This document shows, in pieces, positions 17,613 through 27,331 of a stretch of 64,000 nucleotides of DNA (position 1 is the stretch's first letter; every line of letters starts with the position of its first letter). The stretch comes from an uncultured Verrucomicrobiae bacterium (GTDB lineage: Bacteria; Verrucomicrobiota; Verrucomicrobiia; Chthoniobacterales; JAFAMB01), in assembly GCA_963762565.1 (NCBI GenBank), contig CAVXLD010000003.1:832001-896000 (forward strand). Reading direction: 5' to 3'. The position numbers were made by a program, and so were the translations under genes. The notes below the pieces were generated by a model. That model saw nothing but the letters and a program-made list of their open reading frames with translations. It ran no database searches and was not told the origin of the DNA.

Positions 17613-20465
17613 GTGGCGACAACCCCGGCCAAACGAGCCTGCTCGGTGTGCGGTACGCTGTTGGCGGACGATAGCCCGTACTGCCCCGTTTGCGCCTTGC
17701 GCGGTGCTGTCGAAACCCAAAGCGACTCGGTCTCGGATACCTCTTCGGAGCTCTGTTTTGAGCACTACCAGGTTCTCAAAAAAGAAGATGGAACGTCGAT
17801 CGAACTCGGACGCGGTGGCATGGGAGTCACCTACAAAGCCATTGATACCCATCTCCGGTGCCCGGTGGCTCTCAAGATCATTAGTGCACAATTCATCGGG
17901 AATGAATCTGCCCGGAGCCGTTTCCTGCGGGAAGCCCGAGCAGCAGCCAGCGTCCACCATCCGAATGTAGCCACGGTGCATCATCTGGGAGAAAGCGGCG
18001 GGAATTACTTTTATGCGATGGAGTTTGTGGATGGGGAAACGTTAGAAGCCCTCATCCGTCGCGGCGGCCGGTTGGAGACCGAACTGGCTCTCGAAATCGT
18101 GACGCAGGTCGCTGCAGGGCTAACTGCGATCCACAAACAGCATCTCGTTCATCGCGACATTAAGCCCAGCAATATCATGCTCAGCTGGGAGGAGGGTCGA
18201 TTGGAAAACGTCAAGATAATCGACCTGGGCTTAGCGAAAGGAGTCACGGAGGACACGCTTTCGATCGCGGGAAGTTTTATTGGAACTCCCTCCTATGCTA
18301 GTCCGGAACAATTTGCCGGACTTGGGACGGACATCCGTTCTGATCTGTATTCATTGGGGGTAACGCTTTGGGAAATGCTTTCCGGTAAGCCTCCGTTCCA
18401 AGGGTCAGCCGCGGAATTGATGGACCAACATCAGCGTGGCACGCCGCCCTTAGTCAAACTGCGGAATATCCCGGAGCCCATTATGGCGTTGATCGACGTC
18501 CTGCTTGCGAAGGACCCTAGCCAGCGTTTTCAAAATCCTGCTCAATTGCAGAAGGCGATAACGAAGGTTCGAGGAGCGATCGGTTCCGGGTCACGATTGA
18601 CGGCGGACGAGCTGCGATCGGTCAGCGCTGAAGTGACCGCGAACACGTCAAAAAGGAAGCCGAGAAGGCAGGCTGTTCGCTGGGTGCTGGGTGTCGGCTT
18701 ATGCCTTGTCGGAGGACTCATCGCCCGGTTTTTCTTTTTCGGCCACGCAGGGTTCTTGTCTAACCAGCGAGTGACCGAAGCGGTACCCACCGAAAAAAGT
18801 GTCGCCGTGCTGCCCTTTGAAAACATCAGCCCAAACAAAGATGATGCTTACTTCGCGGACGGAGTGCAGGATGAGATTCTCAATAATCTGGCTAAAATTG
18901 CTCAACTCAAAGTCACTAGCCGGACCTCGGTGATGCAGTATCGCTCGGACACCAAACGCGATCTGCGCCAGATCGCCACCACTCTAGGAGTGGCAAACGT
19001 GCTGGAGGGCACCGTCCGTCGTGATGGAAATCACGTGCGTGTTAGTACCGAGTTAGTCGATGCCCGAAATGACAACACGATTTGGGCTGATAGTTATGAT
19101 CGGGATCTGACCGACATCTTTGCCATCCAGAGCGAGGTAGCCCAGACCATCGCGAGCAAGTTGAGTGCGACGCTTTCCGCGGCAGAAAAGAAAACGATCG
19201 AAGCGAAACCGACCGACAATCTAGACGCCTACGACTTTTATCTCCGAGGGAAAGAGCGACTTCTTAGTGCCGAACTTTCTGCACTTTCCGTGGACCTAGA
19301 GTTTCTGAGGGACGCTGCTAGTTTTTTCGAAAAAGCGTTGCGCCTCGACCCAAAGTTTACGCTTGCGTACTGCGCTAGCGAGCATGCGTACGACCTAATC
19401 TATTTCAACTTCGATCCCAGCCCCGAGTGGCTGGCCAAGGCGGATCAAGCAGCGAACACTGCTTTGCGATTACAGCCCGATCTTCCCGAGGTTCATTTGG
19501 CCAGCGCACGCCATCTTTACTATGGCTACCGGGACTATGAAGGCGCCCGGGCGCAGCTGGCGTTAGCCAGGCGCGGTCTACCCGATTATTCCGAGGCGAA
19601 GTACTACCAAGCCCTTATTGATAGGCGGCAGGGTAAGTTGCAGGAAGCGATAGAAAACCTCAATGAAGCGATTACGCGTGACCCCGGCAATCCAGACTAT
19701 ATATATGACTTGGCCGTTTCACTCTACGTGGCACGCCAGTTTCGAGCTGCCGGACAAGCCTATGATCGGGTGATCGAGCTGCGACCCGATCAGCCAATGC
19801 TTAAGCTCGAAAAAGAAGTATATACAGGCTTCCTAAAAAATGGAGATACCAGTGCAGTTTGGTCAGCGATCAGTGCCCTCCCGTCGTCTGTTGCCGGCAC
19901 TAGCGATGCTCTCTCTTCGCGACTCGAGTTGGCTTTGACGGATCGTGATTTGGATCAAGCAGCCCAACTTATCGAAAAGATGAAGGGCGGCCAGGTCGCC
20001 AACTTTGCCTACGCACCTCGACTGGTGCCAGTTGAATGTTACTCCGTTCTCATATCACGGCTTCGGGAAGAACGCCCGAGCTCAACTGCAGCGTTCGCCT
20101 CGACACGAGAGCAATTGAATCTACAGGTCCTGAAGTCACCGCGGGATGCCCTTCTGCTGAGCCAGTTAGCGGTATTAGACGCTTTACTGAATAACAAGCA
20201 AACCGCCATTTCCGAAGCCAAGCGCGCTGCCGAAATACTGCCAGTCTCCAAAGATACACTGTATGGTCCGGGTATTTTGATGAACTTAGGTGTTGTCTAC
20301 GCGTGGACCAACGACTTGGATCTAGCGTTTAACACCTTGGGTCCGCTGACTAAAATGCCGAACGGCATTTATTATGGCCAACTAAAGCGCCATGCATATT
20401 GGGATCCACTGCGGAAGGATCCGCGCTTTGAGAAATTGTTAGCGCAGCTAGCGCCACGGGATTGA
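17613..20465 (+). CDS. Ser/Thr protein kinase with TolB-like and TPR domains
   Basis: N-terminal CxxC..CxxC; LGRGGMG, VALK, HRDIKPSN and DLGLAK motifs; SVAVLPFEN; TPR repeats. Confidence 0.95.
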   Translation: MATTPAKRACSVCGTLLADDSPYCPVCALRGAVETQSDSVSDTSSELCFEHYQVLKKEDGTSIELGRGGMGVTYKAIDTHLRCPVALKIISAQFIGNESARSRFLREARAAASVHHPNVATVHHLGESGGNYFYAMEFVDGETLEALIRRGGRLETELALEIVTQVAAGLTAIHKQHLVHRDIKPSNIMLSWEEGRLENVKIIDLGLAKGVTEDTLSIAGSFIGTPSYASPEQFAGLGTDIRSDLYSLGVTLWEMLSGKPPFQGSAAELMDQHQRGTPPLVKLRNIPEPIMALIDVLLAKDPSQRFQNPAQLQKAITKVRGAIGSGSRLTADELRSVSAEVTANTSKRKPRRQAVRWVLGVGLCLVGGLIARFFFFGHAGFLSNQRVTEAVPTEKSVAVLPFENISPNKDDAYFADGVQDEILNNLAKIAQLKVTSRTSVMQYRSDTKRDLRQIATTLGVANVLEGTVRRDGNHVRVSTELVDARNDNTIWADSYDRDLTDIFAIQSEVAQTIASKLSATLSAAEKKTIEAKPTDNLDAYDFYLRGKERLLSAELSALSVDLEFLRDAASFFEKALRLDPKFTLAYCASEHAYDLIYFNFDPSPEWLAKADQAANTALRLQPDLPEVHLASARHLYYGYRDYEGARAQLALARRGLPDYSEAKYYQALIDRRQGKLQEAIENLNEAITRDPGNPDYIYDLAVSLYVARQFRAAGQAYDRVIELRPDQPMLKLEKEVYTGFLKNGDTSAVWSAISALPSSVAGTSDALSSRLELALTDRDLDQAAQLIEKMKGGQVANFAYAPRLVPVECYSVLISRLREERPSSTAAFASTREQLNLQVLKSPRDALLLSQLAVLDALLNNKQTAISEAKRAAEILPVSKDTLYGPGILMNLGVVYAWTNDLDLAFNTLGPLTKMPNGIYYGQLKRHAYWDPLRKDPRFEKLLAQLAPRD

Positions 20466-20510
20466 TCGCGACGCTCAAGACTCACATAGTGAACCAGCCG
20501 ACGAGAAATA

Positions 20511-20705
20511 ATGAATAAGAAACAAAAGTGGGTGAGAGCAGACAAGCTACAGCCGGAGGATCGGGTTCAGGACGCCAAGGGCAAAATAGTCACTATTAAA
20601 GATGTAAGTCAGGGAATTTTCCCGGGGTCGATCCTGATTACACTGCAAGACGCTGATCCGGATTTTCTTTACCTAGAATCTGATACGAAAGTTTTCGTGG
20701 AATAG
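20511..20705 (+). CDS. Small hypothetical protein (64 aa)
   Basis: ATG start, protein-like composition, WVRADKLQPEDRV motif. Confidence 0.55.
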   Translation: MNKKQKWVRADKLQPEDRVQDAKGKIVTIKDVSQGIFPGSILITLQDADPDFLYLESDTKVFVE

Positions 20706-20880
20706 CAGCGCCGGATCACGCAGCCCTTCGAGGCCAACGACGAGTCGTTGCGACACTACTCTCTAACTCATCCTGCTAACGCGGACCCACCTTTAAACGC
20801 CGGCGAAACATCGGGCGGCCTCTTGCCCGATATTGCTTGGGAACGGACAGCCTCTTATTATACTGGAGGAAGCTTACACC

Positions 20881-21135
20881 GTGACGCACGAAACTCTCAA
20901 TCAAATCAAGCTCGCGCAGCATAAGCCGATCGCGAAGAAGCTTCGTGAAAATCCCGAGACGATTCTTGCCTTAGCCCGGCGCAACCTGCAGCGGTATATC
21001 GGAGACCGGCCGGCGCCGGCGACCTCCCTTTGGCGGGAGTGGCGGACTCTCCTCGAAGAAAACTCCATCGATCGCATCGTCGCCGTCATGACGGCCAAGA
21101 CCCAGAAGGTGCACTGCAGCGGGGTCGAGTCTTAA
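20881..21135 (+). pseudogene. Truncated small helical (antitoxin-like) protein
   Basis: HKPIAKKLRENPETILALARRNL...WREWRTLL; the frame runs into the IR at 21122. Confidence 0.55.
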
Positions 21136-21368
21136 TAAGCAACAGACCTTCCAGATGTTTGTTAGTGGCACGGCTGGCTTTGATAGCCAGACAACCCGGT
21201 TAATAGCCATACTCACAGGCAACCATTCTTCCCTTCCGGCCGTCTGAAGCTTGGTCAGCAGACATCCCTTCTTGTCGCGCGTCGCATGCGGGGGCTTGAC
21301 CAACAAAGCACCGATTTAAAACGAAGACCAAACGCCGGTAAATTCTGTTGCTTGTTGAGACTCGACCC
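21122..21368. mobile_element. 247-bp MITE-like element with 25-bp terminal IRs
   Basis: GGGTCGAGTCTTAATAAGCAACAGA matches the reverse complement of 21344-21368 at 23/25; no target duplication seen. Confidence 0.75.
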
Positions 21369-21617
21369 TAAGGCTAAACTTCCCTTGCAGAGAAGGATTT
21401 CCCCGAAGCATCGGGTTATACTCACCAGACGGCTATTCGGAGGGCCGTTCCCCTGCCCCTTCAAGCGTGTCACGCCTCGGAACCTACTCAGGCAGCTTCC
21501 CACTTGAAGCACCCGTTTGAACTTCGTAACTGAGCCTGCCCATCCGCTGACATCTCAAAGATGCGGCGCCGCTTCGCTACGTTGATGACAAGCTGCCTCT
21601 CGGTTAATATAGCCAGC

Positions 21618-22619
21618 ATGGATGCCATCTATTGGCTGCTCGATTCGGATCCGGCAATAAGCTGGCAGGCGATGCGAGATCTCACTGACGCCTCCCCGGC
21701 GACGGTTGCGGCAGAACGTGCTCGCGTCCCACGCGAAGGGCTCGGCGCCGAAATTCTCGCCCACCAGGGACCGGACGGATCGTGGCGCCGGGCTGATGCG
21801 CCCATCTGGTCGACGACTCTCTTTACGTTGCTCCTTTTGCGCGCGACCGGCATCGACCGCGCCGAACCTGCCGTCGAGTCGGCGGTGACCCGGCTCGAGA
21901 GAGGCATTCGGTGGAACGACGAAGGCGACTGCTGGGAGTTGCGTTCGCCGGAGACAGGAGGAAATACGTTCTTTGAGGGTGAAGTGGAGCCGTGCATCAA
22001 CGGCGGCGCCCTCGGGCTCGGCGCCTACCTCGGATGCCCCACAGAAAGCCTCGCGCGCCGTCTCGTCGGCGAGCAGCTTGAGGACGGCGGCTGGAACTGC
22101 GAGGCGCCGAAGAGTGCGCGCTCGTCGTTCCACACCACGATCTGCGTGCTGGAGGGGCTGATCGAGTACGAGCGTGCGGTCGGGTTTGTGCCTGAGATCG
22201 CATCAGCCCGGCAACGCGGCGAGGAGTACCTGCTTGAGCGTGGCCTCTTCCGTCGGCGCTCCACCGGCGAGATCGCCAATTCCGCGTTCCTAGAGTTGGC
22301 GTTCCCCTCCGGCTACCGTTACGACATTCTCCGTGCGCTCGACTATTTCAGGCGGGCAGATGTTCAGCCCGACGCGCGTATGAGCGATGCCGTGGATATC
22401 ATCGAAAGCAGGCGGCAGAACGACGGTCGATGGCTCCTCGACTGCGCGTATGACGAGGCGCTAGCCTTGCCCTTTGGCGAATCCGTAGAGGAGCCGAGCC
22501 GGTGGAACACGCTTCGGGCGCTCCGTGTGCTCCGCTGGTACAAGCGAGGAAGGCTCGAGCCGACGAGCGCCCAGAGGCCAAGCCTTTCAACGACGATGGA
22601 GACAGGCCTTAACGCCTGA
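21618..22619 (+). CDS. Prenyltransferase/squalene-cyclase-repeat-like protein
   Basis: WLLDSDPAI.WQ, QGPDGSW, QLEDGGWNCE, SSFHTT and PSRWNTLRALRVL motifs. Confidence 0.8.
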   Translation: MDAIYWLLDSDPAISWQAMRDLTDASPATVAAERARVPREGLGAEILAHQGPDGSWRRADAPIWSTTLFTLLLLRATGIDRAEPAVESAVTRLERGIRWNDEGDCWELRSPETGGNTFFEGEVEPCINGGALGLGAYLGCPTESLARRLVGEQLEDGGWNCEAPKSARSSFHTTICVLEGLIEYERAVGFVPEIASARQRGEEYLLERGLFRRRSTGEIANSAFLELAFPSGYRYDILRALDYFRRADVQPDARMSDAVDIIESRRQNDGRWLLDCAYDEALALPFGESVEEPSRWNTLRALRVLRWYKRGRLEPTSAQRPSLSTTMETGLNA

Positions 22620-22669
22620 TTAAGGCGTCAGCGCACGAAACGGAAAATAAAGCTTGTTTATTGCAATCC

Positions 22670-23293
22670 TCATATTCTCGGCTTGGCCAGGGGTGGGCAC
22701 ACTTCCCCTTCGTTTACACTGAAGCAGTCGTTCCAGTTTTTCCGAAAGGTGTTCAGGATTGATGGATACACGATCCAATGGCGAAAAGGGGCGATGGCAG
22801 CCATGTAGTAAGGCGTGAACCGATTTAGGCTAAGGACGAACACTCCTAGGTACAACCGGTAGAACTTCTCATCTTCTATTAGGGCGACCGATAAGGCTGC
22901 ATGCACAAGCTTGTTTCTTAGCTCAGAGAGATGCTCATTGGGGAGACTGTATACCACGCGAAAGTCCCCCTCCGGCGTGCCGGGTTGAATAACTGATTGG
23001 TCGCAAACATCCGGCGGGACTTGCGAAACGAACGTCGGAGTCGAAGCTAAGTCCGATCGTCGGTCCCAACCGAGGGTCTTCCCGATCCTTCGGCGCAGCC
23101 GGAGTAGGGTTCGAACCGAGGGAGACAATCCCATGCCAGGCAGGGGCGACAGCTTCAGGAACTGACGGAGAGTAATCCCGGGACGCCAGTGGGCCAGATC
23201 GATAGCCCAGGCATCATGCAATGGGACTCCCGCAAGAACCGTATGAACGCGCAGAGGAAGTCTCTTAAATTCTTGTCTCGAAACCGTGGGCAT
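22670..23293 (-). CDS. DUF2867-like protein
   Basis: LAGVPLHDAWAIDL...LRRRIGKTLGWD...YMAAIAPFRHWIVYP. Confidence 0.75.
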   Translation of the reverse strand: MPTVSRQEFKRLPLRVHTVLAGVPLHDAWAIDLAHWRPGITLRQFLKLSPLPGMGLSPSVRTLLRLRRRIGKTLGWDRRSDLASTPTFVSQVPPDVCDQSVIQPGTPEGDFRVVYSLPNEHLSELRNKLVHAALSVALIEDEKFYRLYLGVFVLSLNRFTPYYMAAIAPFRHWIVYPSILNTFRKNWNDCFSVNEGEVCPPLAKPRI

Positions 23294-23372
23294 CAGGTCA
23301 CCTTTGTTTGCAGGGACTCGCCGGGCGAGGACGCCGCTGCCCGGCATTGAAACTTAACCGACCTAGCCGTCT

Positions 23373-23394
23373 ATTTATGAGTATACTCATAAAT
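23373..23394. promoter_or_regulatory. Perfect 22-bp palindrome, likely TetR operator
   Basis: ATTTATGAGTA|TACTCATAAAT between divergent genes. Confidence 0.75.
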
Positions 23395-23409
23395 GATGGC
23401 CCTCAGTAA

Positions 23410-23917
23410 AGCAGCAGATTGCAGACGAAGCGGACGTCGCCGTCGGTACTCTTTTCCTCTACATCTCAGACAAGAGCGAGTTGCTGCTAAGGCTATTCCA
23501 CAACGCCATTGATCGGGAACTCGAACCCGCTGTACGACGCATGAAATCGAACAGGAAGTTTCTCCCAGCCGTCCGGCGATTTCTTGAAGACTTGATCGCT
23601 CCATACGAAAAAGATCGAGAGCTCGCCAAGGTATTCTGCCGCGAATTCTTGTTTCATAGAGGAGAGGTTCGGGCCGAACTGGATAAGCAGGCGTCTGAGA
23701 TTTTGCGTGCCCTCGCCGAGGTCATTACCGTTGCCCAAAAGAGGGGGGATATAGATAAACGTGTTGATCCTTCTGTGGGTGCGTGCAATTCTACGCCATC
23801 TTCAATTCGACGCTGGCATTCCACCTCGCAGATTGTCTTCCGGGCAAATCTCCGAGTCTCACTTTGAATGCTCTGCTTCAATCAGCATGGCTCGGCCTGG
23901 CTCCGCGCAGTGAGTAG
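23410..23917 (+). pseudogene. TetR family regulator, 5'-truncated and frameshifted
   Basis: QIADEADVAVGTLFLYISDKSELL HTH with no start codon or helix 1; C-terminus continues in another frame after ~23785. Confidence 0.8.
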
Positions 23918-23943
23918 AGACCATCGAGTCGAGGCCAGCTTCG

Positions 23944-26379
23944 CTACTCTTCCCTGAGCAGCCGCGCTGGATCGACATGCAAGGCGCGGCGGACTGGGCT
24001 GGCGACCGACAGAATGCCGGTGATAAGCAGCGTTGCCATAACCGCCAAAAGGACGAATGGGTCCTGAGCTGAGGCTTGGTAGACAACAGCAGAAAGAATC
24101 TGGCTGCCCGCCACACCCAGCAGAGTACCGACGACCGATCCGCAAGCGAGCAATATCAACATACGGCCAAGTGCCGCCCACAGGATCTGCTTGCCCTGTG
24201 CGCCCAGGGCGACCCGAATGCTGAGCTCGCGTAGCCTTTTACCGACGGTGTACGAAGCGACACTGAAGGTGCCAGTAACCGATAACAATAGACCGAACCC
24301 GCCGAACACACTGAGAGCAACTGTCGCCATTTGCGAGGGGAACAGCGAAAGTCCCAGCTGGCTCGTCCACGAGCCGGAGTCAAGTATCGGCACCGCCGGG
24401 TCCATATCCCGAATCGCTTTGCGAATACTGGCGGCTATTTCGTTGTTCGGATCACCGGGCTGGGTCCGGATAATCAGTACGGTATTCGTAGCTGGCTCTT
24501 GTGAGATAGGAAAGAATACGGCCGGTGACGCGTCTTCGCTGAGTGTTAAATACTTTCCGTCTCCTACTAACCCGACGATTTGATAGGATGTGCCGGAAGA
24601 GCGTTTGAAATAGCGCCCGATCACCACTTCTGAGTGGAACACTGCGCGGGCAAACTCGCGATTTACCACTGCCACTCGGGGCGTTTGTGGGGTATCGAGA
24701 TAGCTGACATCGCGTCCGGCCAGCAAGGTTGTTCCGGAGGCGCTGAAATAGCCGGGAGAGGAGCTATACGTGAAAGCGTTGGCGATCCGGTTGGAGTCCT
24801 TGAAATCGGTTGTCGTCTGCGAGTAGATATCGACCGTGTTTATTCGGTTGAGCGACAACGGCGTCGAATTCGCGTAACCGGCTAATTGCACTCCCGGTAG
24901 ACGCGATACCCGGTCCAGCAATTCACGCTGGAAACGGGCCGCTGAATCGCCATGGTAACCGGCCCAACCCAAATCAAACTCAGTCCTCAGGGTATTAGCC
25001 GGGTTGAACCCGACATCCATTTTCATGGCCCGGGACAAACCGCGCAGCGAGACGAACGCAGCCGTTACCGTGACGCAACAAAGCGCAATTTGGGCCGCTA
25101 ATAACAGGTCTCGCAGCGCCCAAAAGCGCCCGGTGGAAGGGCGGCTGTCGGCACTCTTAATCGCATCGTTAGGATCGGTCTTGAAAATCTGTGGCAACGG
25201 CATGAGCCCAAACAGAACCGCGGCGACCATCGAAATCAGCAATGCCTCTAGGATCAAGGACGGCTGGGGTACAACCAGAAAAATGAAAGGCAAAGGAGTG
25301 GGCGGATGCCAATTTGCTAAACCGGTCAACGCCAGCCACGCCAGCGCCCAAGCGCAGACCCCGGCGAAGATTGAGATTAACAAGGCCTCCACCAAAACTT
25401 GCCGGAAAATGCGCCACCGGTTAGACCCGATGGCGATACGAATCGCGATCTCGCGGGTGCGGTCTAATGTTCGCAGCGCAAATAAACTGCCGAGATTAGC
25501 GCAAGCGGCCAGCAACACGATTCCGGCTAAAACCATTACACCGGTTAAAAACCCATTTAGCGGTCCACCCAAGAACTCACCCTGGAATCCAGGACGAACC
25601 AGTCTTAATACCAAACCATCTTCCTCAACCGGATACTGGCGTTTCATCCGATCAACGATCGTCTTCAGTTCGGCCTCCGCCTGGGGCAAACCGACACCAT
25701 CTTTCAGACGCACGATGGACATCATGCTCCCGACGCGACGGTCCTCAAGAATGTTGGTTCCCTCGGTTGAATCTTTGTTAGCGAGGGGCATGAAAATCTC
25801 CGGCTGAAAATATTTCTCCGTGCCATAGAAACCTTCAGGCGTAACTCCAACCACTGTGTATGGCCGCTTGTTGATACGGACCTTCTTACCGACAATGTGC
25901 GGGTCAGCCCCAAAATAGCTTTTCCATGCCGGCCAGGTAAGGACGACCGCGTCGGAAGCACCGGGGTGAGCGTCATCAGCGGGTTGCAACAAACGGCCCA
26001 GGAACGGAGTGATGCCGGCGACGTCGAAGTATTGTCCATTCACCTCATAGGTCCAAACCGCCCGGGAGATCCCGTCTGCTTCCAAGCCGACATTATAGAT
26101 AGAAACCGCGCCAACCCCGGAAAACACGGTATTACTATCCCGGACATCCCGTATTTCCGGATAACTGAAAACCGGATACGCGTTGCTCTCGCGGGCCAAT
26201 TGCATCACCCGATCCGGGCCCGGCACATTCAACGGCCGCAGGATCAGCCCCTGAAGTACGCCGAAAACGATCACATTAGCGGCGATCCCCAGCGACAGGA
26301 TCACAACTGCAGTTAAGGCAAAACCAGGAGAATGGCGCAATTGTCGGAGGGCGAACCGTATATCTTGGAGAAGGTTCAT
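23944..26379 (-). CDS. ADOP/MacB-FtsX-type duplicated ABC permease
   Basis: LLQDIRFALRQLRHSPGF, LLAACANL, REIAIRIAIG, RELSIRVALGA and DPARLLREE motifs. Confidence 0.92.
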   Translation of the reverse strand: MNLLQDIRFALRQLRHSPGFALTAVVILSLGIAANVIVFGVLQGLILRPLNVPGPDRVMQLARESNAYPVFSYPEIRDVRDSNTVFSGVGAVSIYNVGLEADGISRAVWTYEVNGQYFDVAGITPFLGRLLQPADDAHPGASDAVVLTWPAWKSYFGADPHIVGKKVRINKRPYTVVGVTPEGFYGTEKYFQPEIFMPLANKDSTEGTNILEDRRVGSMMSIVRLKDGVGLPQAEAELKTIVDRMKRQYPVEEDGLVLRLVRPGFQGEFLGGPLNGFLTGVMVLAGIVLLAACANLGSLFALRTLDRTREIAIRIAIGSNRWRIFRQVLVEALLISIFAGVCAWALAWLALTGLANWHPPTPLPFIFLVVPQPSLILEALLISMVAAVLFGLMPLPQIFKTDPNDAIKSADSRPSTGRFWALRDLLLAAQIALCCVTVTAAFVSLRGLSRAMKMDVGFNPANTLRTEFDLGWAGYHGDSAARFQRELLDRVSRLPGVQLAGYANSTPLSLNRINTVDIYSQTTTDFKDSNRIANAFTYSSSPGYFSASGTTLLAGRDVSYLDTPQTPRVAVVNREFARAVFHSEVVIGRYFKRSSGTSYQIVGLVGDGKYLTLSEDASPAVFFPISQEPATNTVLIIRTQPGDPNNEIAASIRKAIRDMDPAVPILDSGSWTSQLGLSLFPSQMATVALSVFGGFGLLLSVTGTFSVASYTVGKRLRELSIRVALGAQGKQILWAALGRMLILLACGSVVGTLLGVAGSQILSAVVYQASAQDPFVLLAVMATLLITGILSVASPVRRALHVDPARLLREE

Positions 26380-26396
26380 AGAGCTCGCGGTCCGCA

Positions 26397-26413
26397 TTGC
26401 ACGAATTATGCCA
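26397..26413 (-). promoter_or_regulatory. Sigma54 -24/-12 promoter
   Basis: Minus strand TGGCATAATTCGTGCAA (GG-N10-GC), 17 nt upstream of the permease ATG. Confidence 0.65.
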
Positions 26414-26521
26414 AACGCGGTTCCACCCTATCTCGCGGCCGTTTCCCTAGACAGAAACAGAGAACTATTTCAGGTGACTGTCCCAAATTGATAACCGCCT
26501 TTCCCATTCTGAGACGGCTGG

Positions 26522-26581
26522 AGAAGGTGAGAAGTGAGAAGTGAGAAGCCTGCCCTGAGCAAGCCTAAGCGCGTCGAAGGG
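26522..26581. repeat. GTGAGAA heptamer array plus CCTGCCCTGAGC..GTCGAAGGG REP
   Basis: Visible tandem units. Confidence 0.65.
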
Positions 26582-26596
26582 GTGATCGGAAAGATT

Positions 26597-26992
26597 TCAG
26601 GATCGGTGGGCGAACGCTGCAGAGGGACTGCCGCTAGAGTCGGCTTTATCACCGAGGTCCATGGCTTCAATAAGACCGTTGTTCAGAGTAAAGACATGCA
26701 GGACCTCGCTGTCCGAAAGAACATCGCCTTGAAGACTCTTGACGAGTTGCTGCACTCTGACGCGGGTCTTGCCTCCGTTTTCATCGCTCATTGCAAGCGG
26801 TTCGACATGGGGATCGAACTCACGCCATTGTCGAGTCCAATAGGCGCGGACCTCTTCCTTCCCGACAACTCTGCCGCCCTCCGAAGCCTTGGGCCAACTC
26901 ACGTCTTGCGTCATCAGTGCTAGTGCACCGTCGATGTCCCGCTTGTTGAATGCGGAGTAAGCCTGCGCAATAACGGTCCTAGTATCTGCCAT
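26597..26992 (-). CDS. SnoaL/NTF2-like protein
   Basis: AYSAFNKRDIDGALALMTQDVSWP...GKEEVRAYW. Confidence 0.85.
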   Translation of the reverse strand: MADTRTVIAQAYSAFNKRDIDGALALMTQDVSWPKASEGGRVVGKEEVRAYWTRQWREFDPHVEPLAMSDENGGKTRVRVQQLVKSLQGDVLSDSEVLHVFTLNNGLIEAMDLGDKADSSGSPSAAFAHRS

Positions 26993-27061
26993 TCATCATC
27001 CTACAACGCCCTCCCCACTTCGTCGCTTCGTTTGATATCTCAGGCGGTTGACGCGGTTTCT

Positions 27062-27146
27062 ACCGCCCTTTCAGGGCGGTCCGCCTTTTGGAATCGATAA
27101 CCTGGGGTTAAAACCCCAGGCTGAGTCCTGTCATCCCTTCGGGATA
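27062..27146. repeat. REP unit (CCGCCCTTTCAGGGCGG / CCTGGGGTTAAAACCCCAGG / TCCCTTCGGGA)
   Basis: Matches the reverse complement of 60098-60180. Confidence 0.85.
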
Positions 27147-27331
27147 AGTCCGACAAGTTCCACTCTCCTATTATTTCCATTTCGTCGCATCACAGAAGGT
27201 AATTCACCCATCCCCCATCTTCGAAAACTGCCGATCGTGCATTTTTCACAGTATATCCTTGAACGCCGCGACATCTCTTAATACTAAGGGCGCCAGCCGT
27301 CCGTGGCGTCGCCCAAAACCGACGGCAACAA

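Noticed and set aside
25004..25807. 267-aa plus-strand ORF and other long antisense ORFs
   Set aside because: Shadow frames of well-supported genes on the opposite strand.
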